A stretch of 64,000 nt of DNA from Somniosus microcephalus (lineage: Eukaryota), in NCBI GenBank assembly GCA_052327205.1, contig CM126207.1:241056001-241120000 (forward strand), given 5' to 3'. Below the pieces are notes generated by a model. That model worked only from the letters and a program-made list of their open reading frames with translations. It did no database searches and was not told where the DNA came from. Below are positions 12,071 through 23,514 of this stretch, in pieces. Each line of letters begins with the position of its first letter. Positions within the stretch are counted from its first letter, which is position 1. The translations under genes were made by a program, and so were the position numbers.

Positions 12071-13909
12071 GTTCCCCAGTTAACTGATCCTTCAATTCCT
12101 CAAATAAAGTCCAATATAGTTGTCAGACACAACCTTCGTCCCATAAAGTTTCACTGACTCCCTCTTATATTTCTCTAGGTGTTTCATTATTTCTTCCTTC
12201 CGGATTCCCCGATTATCAACGGTTTCCGGATTGGAAGTCCCATTAGAAGGTAGACTGGGAGGGTCATGAACATCCATCGGGGGCAGACTAAGAGAATTTG
12301 CCCTTTCAGTTGAAGACGTCAAGCGGATGACTTCGTCATGCTCTGTCTGCGCCCGGTGTAAACCGAATTTCTTTAAGCCTCAACGAGCTCACCTTATAAA
12401 GGCTACTTCTCCCTTTGAACGCCTGAGCGTTGATTTTAAGGGGCCTCTTCCTTCAACGACTCAGAATCGATATATATTTACTGTTGTGGTTGAGTTTTCA
12501 AGGTTCCCTTTTGCTTTTCCTTGTGCAGATGTATCAGCTGCTACAGTTATTAAATGTCTGACTCAACTTTTTGTCATCTTTGGGATGCCTGCGTATATCC
12601 ATTCGGATCAGGGAAGTTCTTTTATGTCTTCCCAGTTGAAGGAATACCTCCAGAGTCGGGGAATTTCTACTAGCAGAGCTACCCCGTATAATCCCCAGGG
12701 TAATGGACAGTGCGAACGATATAATGGGGTGATCTGGAAGGCAGTTATGTTGGCTTTGACATCCCGGAACCTTAAGAATACACAGTGGGAAATGGTACTG
12801 CCTGATGTCCTGCATTCCATTAGATCATTGCTTTCAACGGCTACTAATATGACCCCCCATGAAAGGCTCTTCAACTATCCGCGGAGATCCACTACGGGAT
12901 ATTCGGTACCTTCATGGCTTACTATGCAGGGACCTGTGCTGCTCCGATGCCATGTTAGACTGTCAAAGTATGATCCTTTAGTGGAGGAGGTGGAGCTATT
13001 GGAGGCAAATTCCCAATATGCTCACATCCGATTCCAAGATGGGAAAGAAAGTACGGTTTCAGTTAAAGACTTAGCTCCTTGTGGTGGCCAGCCCTCTCCT
13101 GAGGACATTAACAATAGCCATAATTCAGATAATGTTGATGTCGTCACAGATACTATGAACATTTCCAATCCTATTGCAGACACTTACAATTCTCTTAGTC
13201 TGCCCCCGATGGATGTTCATGACCCTCCCAGTCTACCTTCTAATGGGACTTCCAATCCGGAAACCGTTGATAATCAGGGTATTGATAGCCGCCCTGCAGA
13301 AGATATTTCTGTGTCTCCTGGTGTGGGACGGCAAGGAACTCCACCAAGGCTAAGAAGGTCGACACGAACAAGATATCCGGTCGACCGATTAAAAATGGAC
13401 TTTTAAAATAATTAATAATTTAATAGTAAAATTTTAAAATTGTTGAAGGCATTATACATGTATTGCTCTAGTCATAAATAACTAATTGTAAACTGTAAAG
13501 GCTACCTAGGTTGAAGTATATTTTAAAAGGAGGGGTGAATGTGGTGATTATTCTTGTTTTATAAGAAGCATTGTAATTGGTTGCCTGTTTTCCTGCCTTG
13601 AAATATATGCTGTAAACTTATTGGTTAGTTGATTCCATGTGACCTGTGGTGGCCATCTTAAATTCAGTTTCTACAGTTTGGTTGAGACTGGGTGCTCAGC
13701 ATGTACTGCTGGCTTTTTTAAGGTTAATAAAGCCTAGCTTTTGAAAGGCAATCTACTCTTTATTTCAGTTCCCCAGTTAACTGATCCTTCAATTCCTCAA
13801 ATAAAGTCCAATATAGTTGTCAGACACAACCTTCGTCCCATAAAGTCTCACTGACTCCCTCTTATATTTCTCTAGGTGTTTCATTATTTCTTCCTTCCGG
13901 ATTCCCCGA
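12071..13909. repeat. 142-bp direct duplication (12071-12212 and 13768-13909)
   Basis: Direct comparison shows the copies identical except AAGTTTCAC vs AAGTCTCAC. Confidence 0.97.
12211..13767 (+). mobile_element. Truncated Gypsy LTR retrotransposon (integrase, PPT, 3' LTR) preceded by an 88-bp inverted internal copy
   Basis: ORF 12327-13406 has CxxC and the D-D-E residues (VDFKGP, HSDQG, NGQCER). PPT AAAAGGAGGGG at ~13525, LTR TG at 13540, AATAAA at 13726. 12211-12298 is the reverse complement of 13188-13275. Confidence 0.9.
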
Positions 13910-14649
13910 AATGTTTTGCCGACTCTGGTGGTCTGGCTCACTGGTCTGTAGCTCACAGATTTAACTCTATGCCCCTTTTTGATAAAGCATTTGCCCTTCT
14001 CCTTCTCCAGTTTTCAGGCACTAATCCATTTATTTCTAACTGTCCTGCAAATAAGCCTTTGTTTGTTTATGGCAAGGCTACAGTTACATTCTTGAAAATA
14101 CATTAATTTAAAATGTGTCATCAGCCTATTGGCATTGCCATGTAAATTGTGACCTTTATAATACCTAGGGTACAATGATACTGGGATATGACAATTCAGG
14201 TCACCTGGCATAAGTGTGGAACCCAGAAAAAGTTTGAGTTTCACCTTATGAAACCTTGCACTGTCTACTGAAGCATAGAGGATGAAAAAGAAGGAAAAAA
14301 AAAGTTGGATACAGACAATTACTTCCTTTCCCTGCAAATAAACTTTTAGCTTTATGCCAGCTTTTAGAAACAAGGGCTCCACTGTTTTAACTTTCATATT
14401 CCAGCCTATCATGCTGAAGGACAAAAAAGGGCTACCATAGTGTACAAATGCTTTCACTGTCCACATACCAATGTGATGCCCTGATTTCTGCAGCTTCCCC
14501 ACCAGTATTTGTAATGACTTTGACAAGTTGAACAGTTTCTTCACAAAAGTGTTGCCACTGGCATAATTTACATGAAGAGCATCAAAATAACCAACTGCCT
14601 TTTACAAATAATAGTCACATTGCGTTTGATAGTTGATTAGCATATTTAC

Positions 14650-15085
14650 ACCTCCTATCAGTAACTACAGGATAAGGGATCCTAGATTTGTACATAGAGT
14701 GCAAAAATCAAGGAGGTAAGGCTAACCCGATACAAATCCTCGGTTTGGCCGCAGTTAGAATATGGTGGCCTTACTTTAGGAAGATGTCAAGGCCATGGAG
14801 AGGATGTAGAAGTTGTTCACTAAAATCACATTTGGGTTGAGGCTTTAGTTATGAGCAGAGAGTAGAGAAACTTGGGGGTGGGGGATTTTAACTCTCCCTG
14901 TTGGGCAGGAACGGAGAAGGCAGGCAGCTTTTAAACAAGAGATGGATAAATATTTGAAGAAGAAAAATTTAAACAAACAGGGAAAATTTAGGAAAATAGA
15001 ACGAAGTGGATTTATATTTCAAGGAGCTGACACAAGCACAATGTGCCAAATGCCCTCCTTCTATGCTGTAAATTCCATGATTCTA
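14650..15085 (+). mobile_element. Old CR1 3' fragment
   Basis: Degenerate CR1 C-terminal coding region and 3' UTR ending TTCCATGATTCTAT. Confidence 0.6.
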
Positions 15086-15999
15086 TTCCAGAGTCAATTT
15101 TGATGAATTCTGTAATCATATGGATCGCGAGGACAAACTAGATTGTATGACTGGCCTTTATCACAGGATGTTGATCGGAGGTGTTCATGTTACCGATGTT
15201 ACTAGCAGATGGTGTGGCAGTTGGACAATGGAAGGCAGCAAAACAATCCTGTGATCAGGACCTGGCTGAAATGTTTATAGATTTTTTCAATACTGGTTAT
15301 GTAGTGTCTGTACCTTTAAGAGAGAACTACTTTTACAGCTCCTGTATACTGTAGTACCGGCAGTGACCACACCTGTATATAAGCCTTGCGCATGCCTCTG
15401 TACCCCCAGTCTTGAGACTACCCTACTCCAGTAAATACCTGTTGATTGTTAAGTTACAGCATCCGTGTGGTTATTGAAAAACATCATACTCTCCGAATCA
15501 CGGATCTAACAGTGGCGACGAGTGTCGATTCGAATCTACCTGCAACTCTGTATTTCCCTTCGAGGATTCGCTCCGGGAGGGTGGTGGAAGAAAGTCGAGC
15601 CAGAAACACGGGCGTCGACCACGAGCAACCGCCCAGTCATCCGGCAGAGAGTGAACATCGCAGGGGAGGCTGTGGAGAGCCGGGCTTGGTTCCCCAGCCA
15701 CGACGATCAGCAATAGACTGACGACAGGGACAGCGCAGACCCTTCCCGGACAGCGGCGGCTGGAGCCGACCGATGGAGGAGAGAAAGCCGAGCAGCGTCG
15801 ACGGGGTAAGAGAGAGGGTGAAGCGCACAGGGCGCAGCCGGGGGTTAAAAACCGAGCGGCGTCGAGGAAAAACAAAACAGAGAGAGAGAGGGTAAAGCAA
15901 CAGCCGGGTTCAGGACTGAGCGGCGGAAACGGGAAAGGCGCACAAAATAAAAGAACGCGCAGAGCACAGCCAGGGCTCAAGGGCTGAACAGTGTCCGCG

Positions 16000-16180
16000 G
16001 GGAGAAGAAGGGAGAGCGCGGGAGACGCCATTGAGCCGCGAAGAAGGAAGAGCGCGGGAGATGCCATTTTTAGAAGCCGCAGCGGAGAAGAAGGGCGAGC
16101 GCGGGAAGGAAGGAAAGTGCGGGAGGCGCCATTTTGTGCCAGCGGAGAAGAAGGGGAAGCGCGGGAGACGCCATTTTTGA
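16000..16180 (+). repeat. Imperfect tandem repeat in the Gypsy 5' leader
   Basis: Four units containing GCGGGAG.(C/T)GCCATT at ~16017, 16052, 16119 and 16159. Confidence 0.8.
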
Positions 16181-16200
16181 CAGTTAAATCACACCCAGGG

Positions 16201-19200
16201 ATGCCGAAGAGTGGCAGTATCTCTACGTTCGACAATGAAGTCGAAGATTGGGCGACATATGTGGAACGTATTGAGGTGTACTGCAGGGCGAATGAAGTGC
16301 CAGATGCTAATAAAGCACTGGTTTTGTTAAATTCCATGGGTGCAAAAACTTATGGGTTACTGCGAAACCTAATAACCCCAGAGAAGCCTGTGAACAAGAA
16401 TTTCGAAAGCATAGTAGAAATCCTACAGGACCACTTAAACCCCACACCGCTGCGGATAGCAGAACGATTTAAGTTCCATAAAAGGAACCAACACAAAGAC
16501 AAAAGCAATGCTGAGTACCTAACGGAACTGCGCAAGCTATCAAAACGCTGCCAGTTTGGAGCGGGACTAGCAGATACGTTAAGGGACAAGTTTGTGTGCG
16601 GGCTGCAAAGTGAAGGAACCCAGAAACGGCTACTATCAGAAAAGGATCTTACGCTGGACAAGGCTTTCAGTATGGCAGTATCACACGAAGCAGCCGCAAG
16701 GGGCGCTGCAGAGATACAAAGGAGACCGCAAGAATATGGCACCAATGAAATGTCCTATGGAACAGGGAAGTGCTATCGCTGCGGCAGAACAACACATGAC
16801 CAGAAGGATTGTTGGTTCAAGGACCAAGTGTGCAGACAGTGTGGAAAAGCAGGACACATAGCAAGAGTCTGCAGGTCTGGGAAGAAAACCAACAGTAAGA
16901 AATCTCCACAGGAGAAGTACAAAAAGGTACACAAGGTGATGGACAGTAGTTCAGACGGACAGAAAAGTGACACAGACTCCAGAAGCAAGGAGCTGGGTTG
17001 TCTGAAACTACATAAGGTAACCAAAATGGAGGATCACCAGACTATCTGGGTTACACTCAAGATAGACGGAGTCCAAGTGAAAATGGAATTGGACACAGGA
17101 TCAGCACGAACAGTCATAAACCAAAGGGACTACAAGCGACTATTTTCACATATGCCCTTGAAAGCTACAGAGATTGTCTTGAAGACGTACACGGGGCAAA
17201 AAGTCTACCCCAAAGGAAAAATAAGGGTGAAAGTGATATATAAAGGCCAGGAAATACCTAAAATGGACCTATATGTATTGCCAGATGGAGGACCACCACT
17301 GCTAGGACGTGAATGGATCCGGAAGATACAATTAGATTGGCATTCCATACAGGCACTGAAGGTTGAGGCCAAAAAGGATGACGACGTCACACCTGGACGA
17401 CTGTCAAAAATGCTAACTGATGCAAAAGAAGTGTTCCAGGAGGGACTCGGAACACTAAAAGGCATAACAGCAATGATTAAAATAGAGGAAAATGCAAGTC
17501 CAAAGTTTCTTAAGGCCAGACCAGTGCCTTATGCGATCAGACCAGCTGTCGAAGCAGAGCTGGAAGGGTTGGAATGTTCAGGACTACTGTCCAAAGTAGA
17601 CTGGAGCGAGTGGGCTACACCCATCGTTCCTGTAATGAAGAGGTCGTTGAGTAATACGCCTGGGGAACCAAAGAAGGTCCGCATCTGTGGGGATTTTAAG
17701 GTGACAGCGAACCCAGTCCTTCACATGGTACAATATCCGCTTCCACGAATTGAGGATATTTTCGCCTCGCTATCTGGAGGTAAACGCTTCACCAAAATTG
17801 ATCTAGCCCAGGCGTACTTGCAAATGGAGGTAGAAGAAGCCTCGAAACAATACCTTACGATTAACACTCATAAAGGTCTCTATCAATACAACCGGCTGGT
17901 GTTCGGGGTAGCATCGGCTCCGGCTATTTGGCAAAGGGCAATGGATCAAGTCCTGCAAGGGATTCCAGGGACCCAGTGTTATTTGGACGACATCCTGGTC
18001 ACGGGCGAAAATGACAGTGATCACCTCGCCAACTTGGAGACGGTGCTCACCAGATTAAAGGAGTATGGGCTATGAGCTAATCGCCACAAGTGCGAGTTTT
18101 TCCAGAAACAGATCTCGTATTGTGGCCACGTCATCGATGAAGAGGGGTTACATAAGTCCCCTGAAAAGATTGAGGCAGTAGTCAACACTCCAGCACCGGA
18201 AAATGTGTCACAACTGAGATCGTTCCTCGGGCTGGTAAACTACTACCATAAGTTCTTACCAAATTTGTCCACGGTATTACACCCACTGAACACCCTACTG
18301 CAAACAGGGGTACCATGGAAGTGGAATGACGAACGTAGACGAGCTTTCCAGAAGTGTAAAGAATTGATCACATCAAAAGAGGTGTTGGCCCATTTCAACC
18401 CAGCACTACCAATTCGTTTGGCATGTGATGCATCACCCTATGGTATTGGAGCGGTGCTGTCGCACAAATTCCCAGACGGGTTGGAGGCCAGTAGCCTTTG
18501 CGTCTCGGTCACTAACCTCAGCCGAGCACAACTACACCCAGATTGACAGGGAGGCCCTCAGCCTAGTATGGGGAGTAAAAAAATTCAACCACTATCTGCA
18601 TGGGCAGAAGTTCACCTTGCTGACTGACCACCAACCACTTGTCTCCATCTTTAATCCTAAGAAGGGCGTTCCAGTGATGACTGCACAACGGTTACAAAGA
18701 TGGTCCCTGTTTCTAGGGGCAAATCAATATGAAATAGAATATAAAGGCACGAAACAGCACGGAAACGCTGATGGGCTATCGCGCCTGCCACTGCCTACTG
18801 TGGAGGAAGCACCAGCAGTGGACCCTATCGAGATATTTTATTCGTCAATAATTGAACGATTGCCAGTAACGAACGCGGATATAGAGAAGGAGACCCGCAA
18901 TGATCCGACGCTGTCTCGGGTATATGATTTGACGGTGAGGGGATGGCCAACACATGGCGACTCACTGTTGCCAGCATTCTCATCCAGAAGAGAACAGCTG
19001 TCAGTATGCCAGGGGACAGTGATGTGTGGATCCAGAGTGGTGATTCCACCCAAGTTAAGGGAGAGAGTGCTAAATGAGCTACATGAAGGTCATCTGGGGG
19101 GAGTGAAAATGAAAAGCCTTGCTAGGGCTTGTGTGGTGGCCGGGAATCGATCAACAAATTGAAGACCTAACCAAGAGCTGCTCAGGATGCCAGAAGGTCC

Positions 19201-20144
19201 AAAATGCACCACCACATGCCCCTCTACACCCATGGGAGTGGCCCTCCTCTCCATGGCAACGGGTGCATATTGATTTCGCTGGTCCATTCATGGACTCAAT
19301 GTTCTTAATAGCAGTGGATGCTCATTCAAAGTGGCCTGAGGTGATAAAAATGTCCTCAACCACTACAGAGAAAACGATTGCAGTCCTATGGACCATATTT
19401 GCCAGAAACGGCTTGCCAGAGCAGATTTGCTCTGATAATGGACCACAGTTTGTGTCCGAAGAGTTTCGAAAATTTATGAGAAGGAATGGGGTAAGGCATT
19501 ACACATCTGCCCCGTATCATCCAGCCACAAATGGATTGGCTGAGAGGTTCGTACAAACCTTTAAGAAGGCGATAAATGCCATGTGCGATGATGAAATTCC
19601 ACTACAGCATATGGTGGACAATTTCTTACTAGCCTACCGAAACGCGACACATGCAGTTACCAACCAGACCCCGGCCATGATGTTCTTTAACCGAAGGTTG
19701 AGATCTCGTCTGGACTTGCTCAGACCAAATGTGCGAAGAAATGTTGAGGACAAACAATTCCAGCACATCAATGAGAAGCCGACAAGGAGCTTCAATGTAG
19801 GACAACCAGTCTTGGCCCGTGACTACCGAACAGAGAAATGGCAACCCGGAACGATATGCACAAGGCAGGGGCCATTAATGTACACAGTGGATGTCGGGGA
19901 GAACATTGTGAGACGCCACGTCGATCAGATCTTAGCGTCACAGGAACGAGTCAACCCCATGTCTCGAGTACCTGGGGATGAACCCAACATACCGGTAGCA
20001 TCTACCTCAGAACCAGTAGCAGTGGAAACCGATGAACTAACCGATGAAAAGGGGCCAGAATCGCCTCCGCACCAAGAACAAGAACCTCAGGAAAGGCGCT
20101 ATCCCGAAAGGATCAGGAAGCCGCCCCAAAGACTGAATCTATAA
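16201..20144 (+). pseudogene. gag-pol polyprotein with one premature stop and two frameshifts
   Basis: ATG at 16201. Two zinc knuckles (CYRCGRTTHDQKDC, CRQCGKAGHIARVC), protease LDTGS, RT YLDD, RNase H DAS..GIGAVL, integrase H-H-C-C and IDFAGP/SDNG/NGLAER. TGA at 18073; frameshifts near 18485 and 19130. Confidence 0.95.
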
Positions 20145-20744
20145 ATGGACTATTGTTGTTTAATGTACATGTTAATTGTTATTTGAATATTATGGGTACT
20201 ACTAATCTAAAAGGGGAGGAATTGTAGTGTATGTACCTTTAAGAGAGAACTACTTTTACAGCTCCTGTATACTGTAGTACCGGCAGTGACCACACCTGTA
20301 TATAAGCCTTGCGCATGCCTCTGTACCCCCAGTCTTGAGACTACCCTACTCCAGTAAATACCTGTTGATTGTTAAGTTACAGCATCCGTGTGGTTATTGA
20401 AAAACATCATACTCTCCGAATCACGGATCTAACAGGTTAGACCACTGAAATTAGCTGCCACCAGAGTCAACTTTTCCACCACTCTTGATCAACCGCTACA
20501 TTTAAATCATCTTCATCTCATTACAAATCAGAATAATATATTTGAGGTGACTTCTTCAAAACAAAACACAAGAGTTTGTGGGGTGTGACCAGTAAATGGA
20601 TGCCAGCCAAATACACCAGTTTAATTATCCAGCACACGGTGATAGAAATATCAAATGTTTTTGGTGCAACTGCAAACTTCAAAGCAGGTACTTTTATTCA
20701 GGATCAATTGGCACTTTTAAAAAAGGTGCTTAACTGGCATCTTT

Positions 20745-21015
20745 TGAGAACAACTTGCATTTATATAGCGCCTTTAATGTAGTAAAACATCCCAAGCTTC
20801 ACAGGAGCTTAATCAGACAAAAAATTAACACCAAGTCAAAGAAGGAAACATTAGAAGAGGCAAGAGATAGGTTTAAAGCAGTATCTTAAGAGGAGGAGAA
20901 GTTTGGGGAGGGAATTCCAGAACTTAGGGCCTCGGCGGCTGAAGGCACGGCCACCAATGGTGGGGCGAAGAAAGTGGGGGATGCACAAGAGGTCAGAGTT
21001 GAAGGAATGAAGAGC
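20745..21015 (-). mobile_element. L2 LINE 3' end
   Basis: AACAACTTGCATTTATATAGCGCCTTTAATGTAGTAAAA tail and GGGAGGGAATTCCAGA. Confidence 0.75.
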
Positions 21016-21109
21016 AGCAGATTAAAGGTTAGTGTTATTCACTGCTGGATATTTTTTTCAGATTAGGTTGGTGAAGTAAATTAATATTCCTTAAAGTAGA
21101 GAGATAAAC

Positions 21110-22633
21110 TGTAGGATTCGCAAAATTGGATTTAATATTAATAAGGGTTAAATGGCAGAAGAGGCCGTGATTATAAAGACTGTTTTAAAAAGAAGCCCAG
21201 AAAAAGGGGCATACAAAATGGCCACCATACCATGTGATCAGCTTATTGGGACACTTTAAAATGGTTCCTGCGCAACCTCAGACAGATTTGTGGATTCAAT
21301 CCACAGTAAGTTCTGGAAGCCGTTCCTGAGAAACGAAACCAGACCCACAGGTATGCATATGGATTAGATGCAGATCTAGTCAAGATCGGCCTGGAGACAG
21401 AGGCCATCAAGATGTTGCCCCAGACAAAAGGGGACAATTTCATATTCATGAGAACAGCACCCAGGACTAGGTAACGAGATCGGCAGGGCATTCAAAGCAA
21501 TGGAGGTAATTTCAAACCAGAGATGGGCCCGTTACCAGCCGTTTAGGACATTTTAAATATAATAACTACCCCACTGTGCTCTCAGCCCGCCAAAATTAAA
21601 ACAAAGACTAACCTGATTTTGGGCGGGAAGTGAAGCCTCTGGAAGAAAGGTATATCTGGAGAGACTTTTTCGGCAGTTAAACACTCTCTCGACATGACAG
21701 GCAAGCTTGAACAGTCACAAGGAGAGTCGAGCTGAAAGACAGTTTACAGGTGGCAGTCGGACAGTCGTTGCAGCCTCAGCAGCCGGTCCAGCTTTTGAGC
21801 TGGGCAAAGAGGAGCTGGTTTGGGGAAAGATCAGCGGACTCCTCTCCACCGTCGGAGGAGGAAGAAGAATTATGACTGCATAAAGAAAGTTGTTCGAAAC
21901 CAGCGTCCCGCCCCGGGGAAAACCATCGGGAGATCATCGACCATACCCGGGCCGCAGCCGAAAGCAAAGGGGCCATACCAGCCCAAGGCTCCTCTAACCA
22001 GGGTTGAGCCGACAATCCTCGACCCCGCCGACATCCAGGCCCGCCGGTGTCCAGCCGCCCCTGACCCCCACCTCAGGAGAGAGGTGTGGCGCAGCTCGCA
22101 GGGACTCCACGGTCCACGTGGAGACGAAACGCCTGAAAGGACCAAACACAGACTCGATTTCAAAACCTTGCACTTCCTAGTGGGATTGGTGAGCATGTTT
22201 CTGGCCCTTCACAATCAGATCTAGATAGGTTTAATAAGGGGGTGGATTTAAGGGTACAATTAACATGAGTTGTTGTCCCTCGATGTTCCGTGTGTTTCCT
22301 TATTTCATAATGATCTTTGTAGAGTATAAGATGCCTGTATTTGCTTTAGTTAGTACTGTGTCGTTATGATTTGTTTGTGTGTTTTTCCCTCCCATGTACT
22401 CCCTCATCTGCTTGCATTTGATTTGATATTTTTCCTTATGCAATAAAATTTCATTTTGTTTCACCAAACTTGGTCTACAAGAGTTTTCTCTACATTGTAG
22501 TTCCTGCGCCTAAGTCCAGAGTATAGAATCTAAGGGGCGAGTGGGTCGAACCACTCAAGGTTTTACTGTGCAAGAGAGAGAGGCCTCTAGAGAGAGAAAC
22601 CTCAAGGAAATCTCTCGAGGAAAACCCCTTACA
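21110..22633 (+). mobile_element. Long solo LTR (1524 bp), Gypsy or retroviral
   Basis: TGTAGGATTCG...CCCCTTACA termini, AATAAA at 22442, imperfect TSD (AAAC/AAC). Collinear blocks shared with 23515-25063. Confidence 0.8.
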
Positions 22634-23039
22634 AACAAGTGAGTTGAGACACACATCCATGATGAAATAACGACATGGAACTTTTGATGGCCTTTTCTCA
22701 TGCTGCATTTTCTTACGTAATGTTCTCTTAAATATGGAAGTATAAACAACAGCTTTATACAATGTTTTTGTCTAATGTACCAAAAAGTATGTTTAAAAAT
22801 AAAATAGAATGAGTTAAACAAAATATGTAAATAAGGTGAAAATTAACAGATGAAATGCAATACAGATGAAATTATTTCACACAGGAAGAAGAAAATGGGT
22901 GGTGCAAGTTCCCCATGAATGGTATCAAAATAGCTCATGGTAAAGTTGAAAGACATCCAGAACACAACACATCCAATCACTGTAGAGCAGGAAACCAAAG
23001 TAACTAGAAAGCTGAACAAAATAACCAAAACAGCAAAGT

Positions 23040-23440
23040 ACAAGCTGAAGGAAGTCATGCTTAAACTGTAGAGTACTCTGGTCAGACTAACCTTGAGTTC
23101 TGTATCCATCAAAACCTTGGAAGTGGTGCAGAGAAGAGTCAAAAGACATCCCTGGCATCAGAGGGCTGAGTCGTAAGGAAAGATTGAAGAAACTTCAGCT
23201 TTTCCACTTCATAGGAGGACCTTATTTAGAAGTATCTAAGATAGTAAACATTTTTTATAGAAAAAGAAAATCTTAAAATTAAAACTGGACAAGAGACGGG
23301 TTCAAACTAGTGAATTGCAAATTTAGGAATCACCTCAGGAAGTCCTTCTTCACAAAGAGTGATCAACACCGAAAACTGACTTCTGGGTAGAGTAGCGAAT
23401 CATATATGAAATAAAGTTGGATGCCATGCGAGGGGGGGGT
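23040..23440 (+). mobile_element. Old CR1 3' fragment
   Basis: TACTCTGGTCAGACTAACCTTGAGT and GTCCTTCTTCACAAAGAGTGATCAAC blocks. Confidence 0.55.
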
Positions 23441-23514
23441 GGGGGGTGGGGTGAGGGTGTATTTTTTGATAAATTAGCTGAGTAAGGGTAATGTCCTTCC
23501 TTAGCTCTATCTAT

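Larger units (their letters stand above)
12000..14045 (-). mobile_element. Old CR1 RT fragment hosting the Gypsy insertion
   Basis: The minus strand encodes ..VPENWRR..SYRPVSQT..EEIMKHLEK.. to the right of the insert and AVDVLYLDF to the left of it. Confidence 0.7.
15300..20434 (+). mobile_element. Full-length Gypsy (Mag/SURL-like) LTR retrotransposon
   Basis: 212-bp LTRs (15300-15511, 20223-20434) with TG..CA ends and 1 mismatch. 5-bp TSD GGTTA. PBS TGGCGACGAG (tRNA-Ser(GCU) type) at 15513. PPT AAAAGGGGAGGA before the 3' LTR. Domain order gag-PR-RT-RH-IN. Confidence 0.98.

Noticed and set aside
12071-13909. The 142-bp repeats as LTRs of a small element
   Set aside because: They lack TG..CA ends and are part of a continuous old CR1 reading frame. 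The real LTR starts at 13540.
15991-16200. N-terminal extension of gag in the ORF track
   Set aside because: Starts at GTG within tandem repeats. Gag similarity starts at the ATG at 16201.
15498-16337. 279-aa antisense ORF in the Gypsy leader
   Set aside because: Low-complexity mirror of a purine-rich, repetitive leader, with no recognisable domain.
18073-18075. Programmed readthrough stop
   Set aside because: The TGA is inside RT, not at a gag/pol boundary. A CGA-to-TGA mutation is the simpler explanation.
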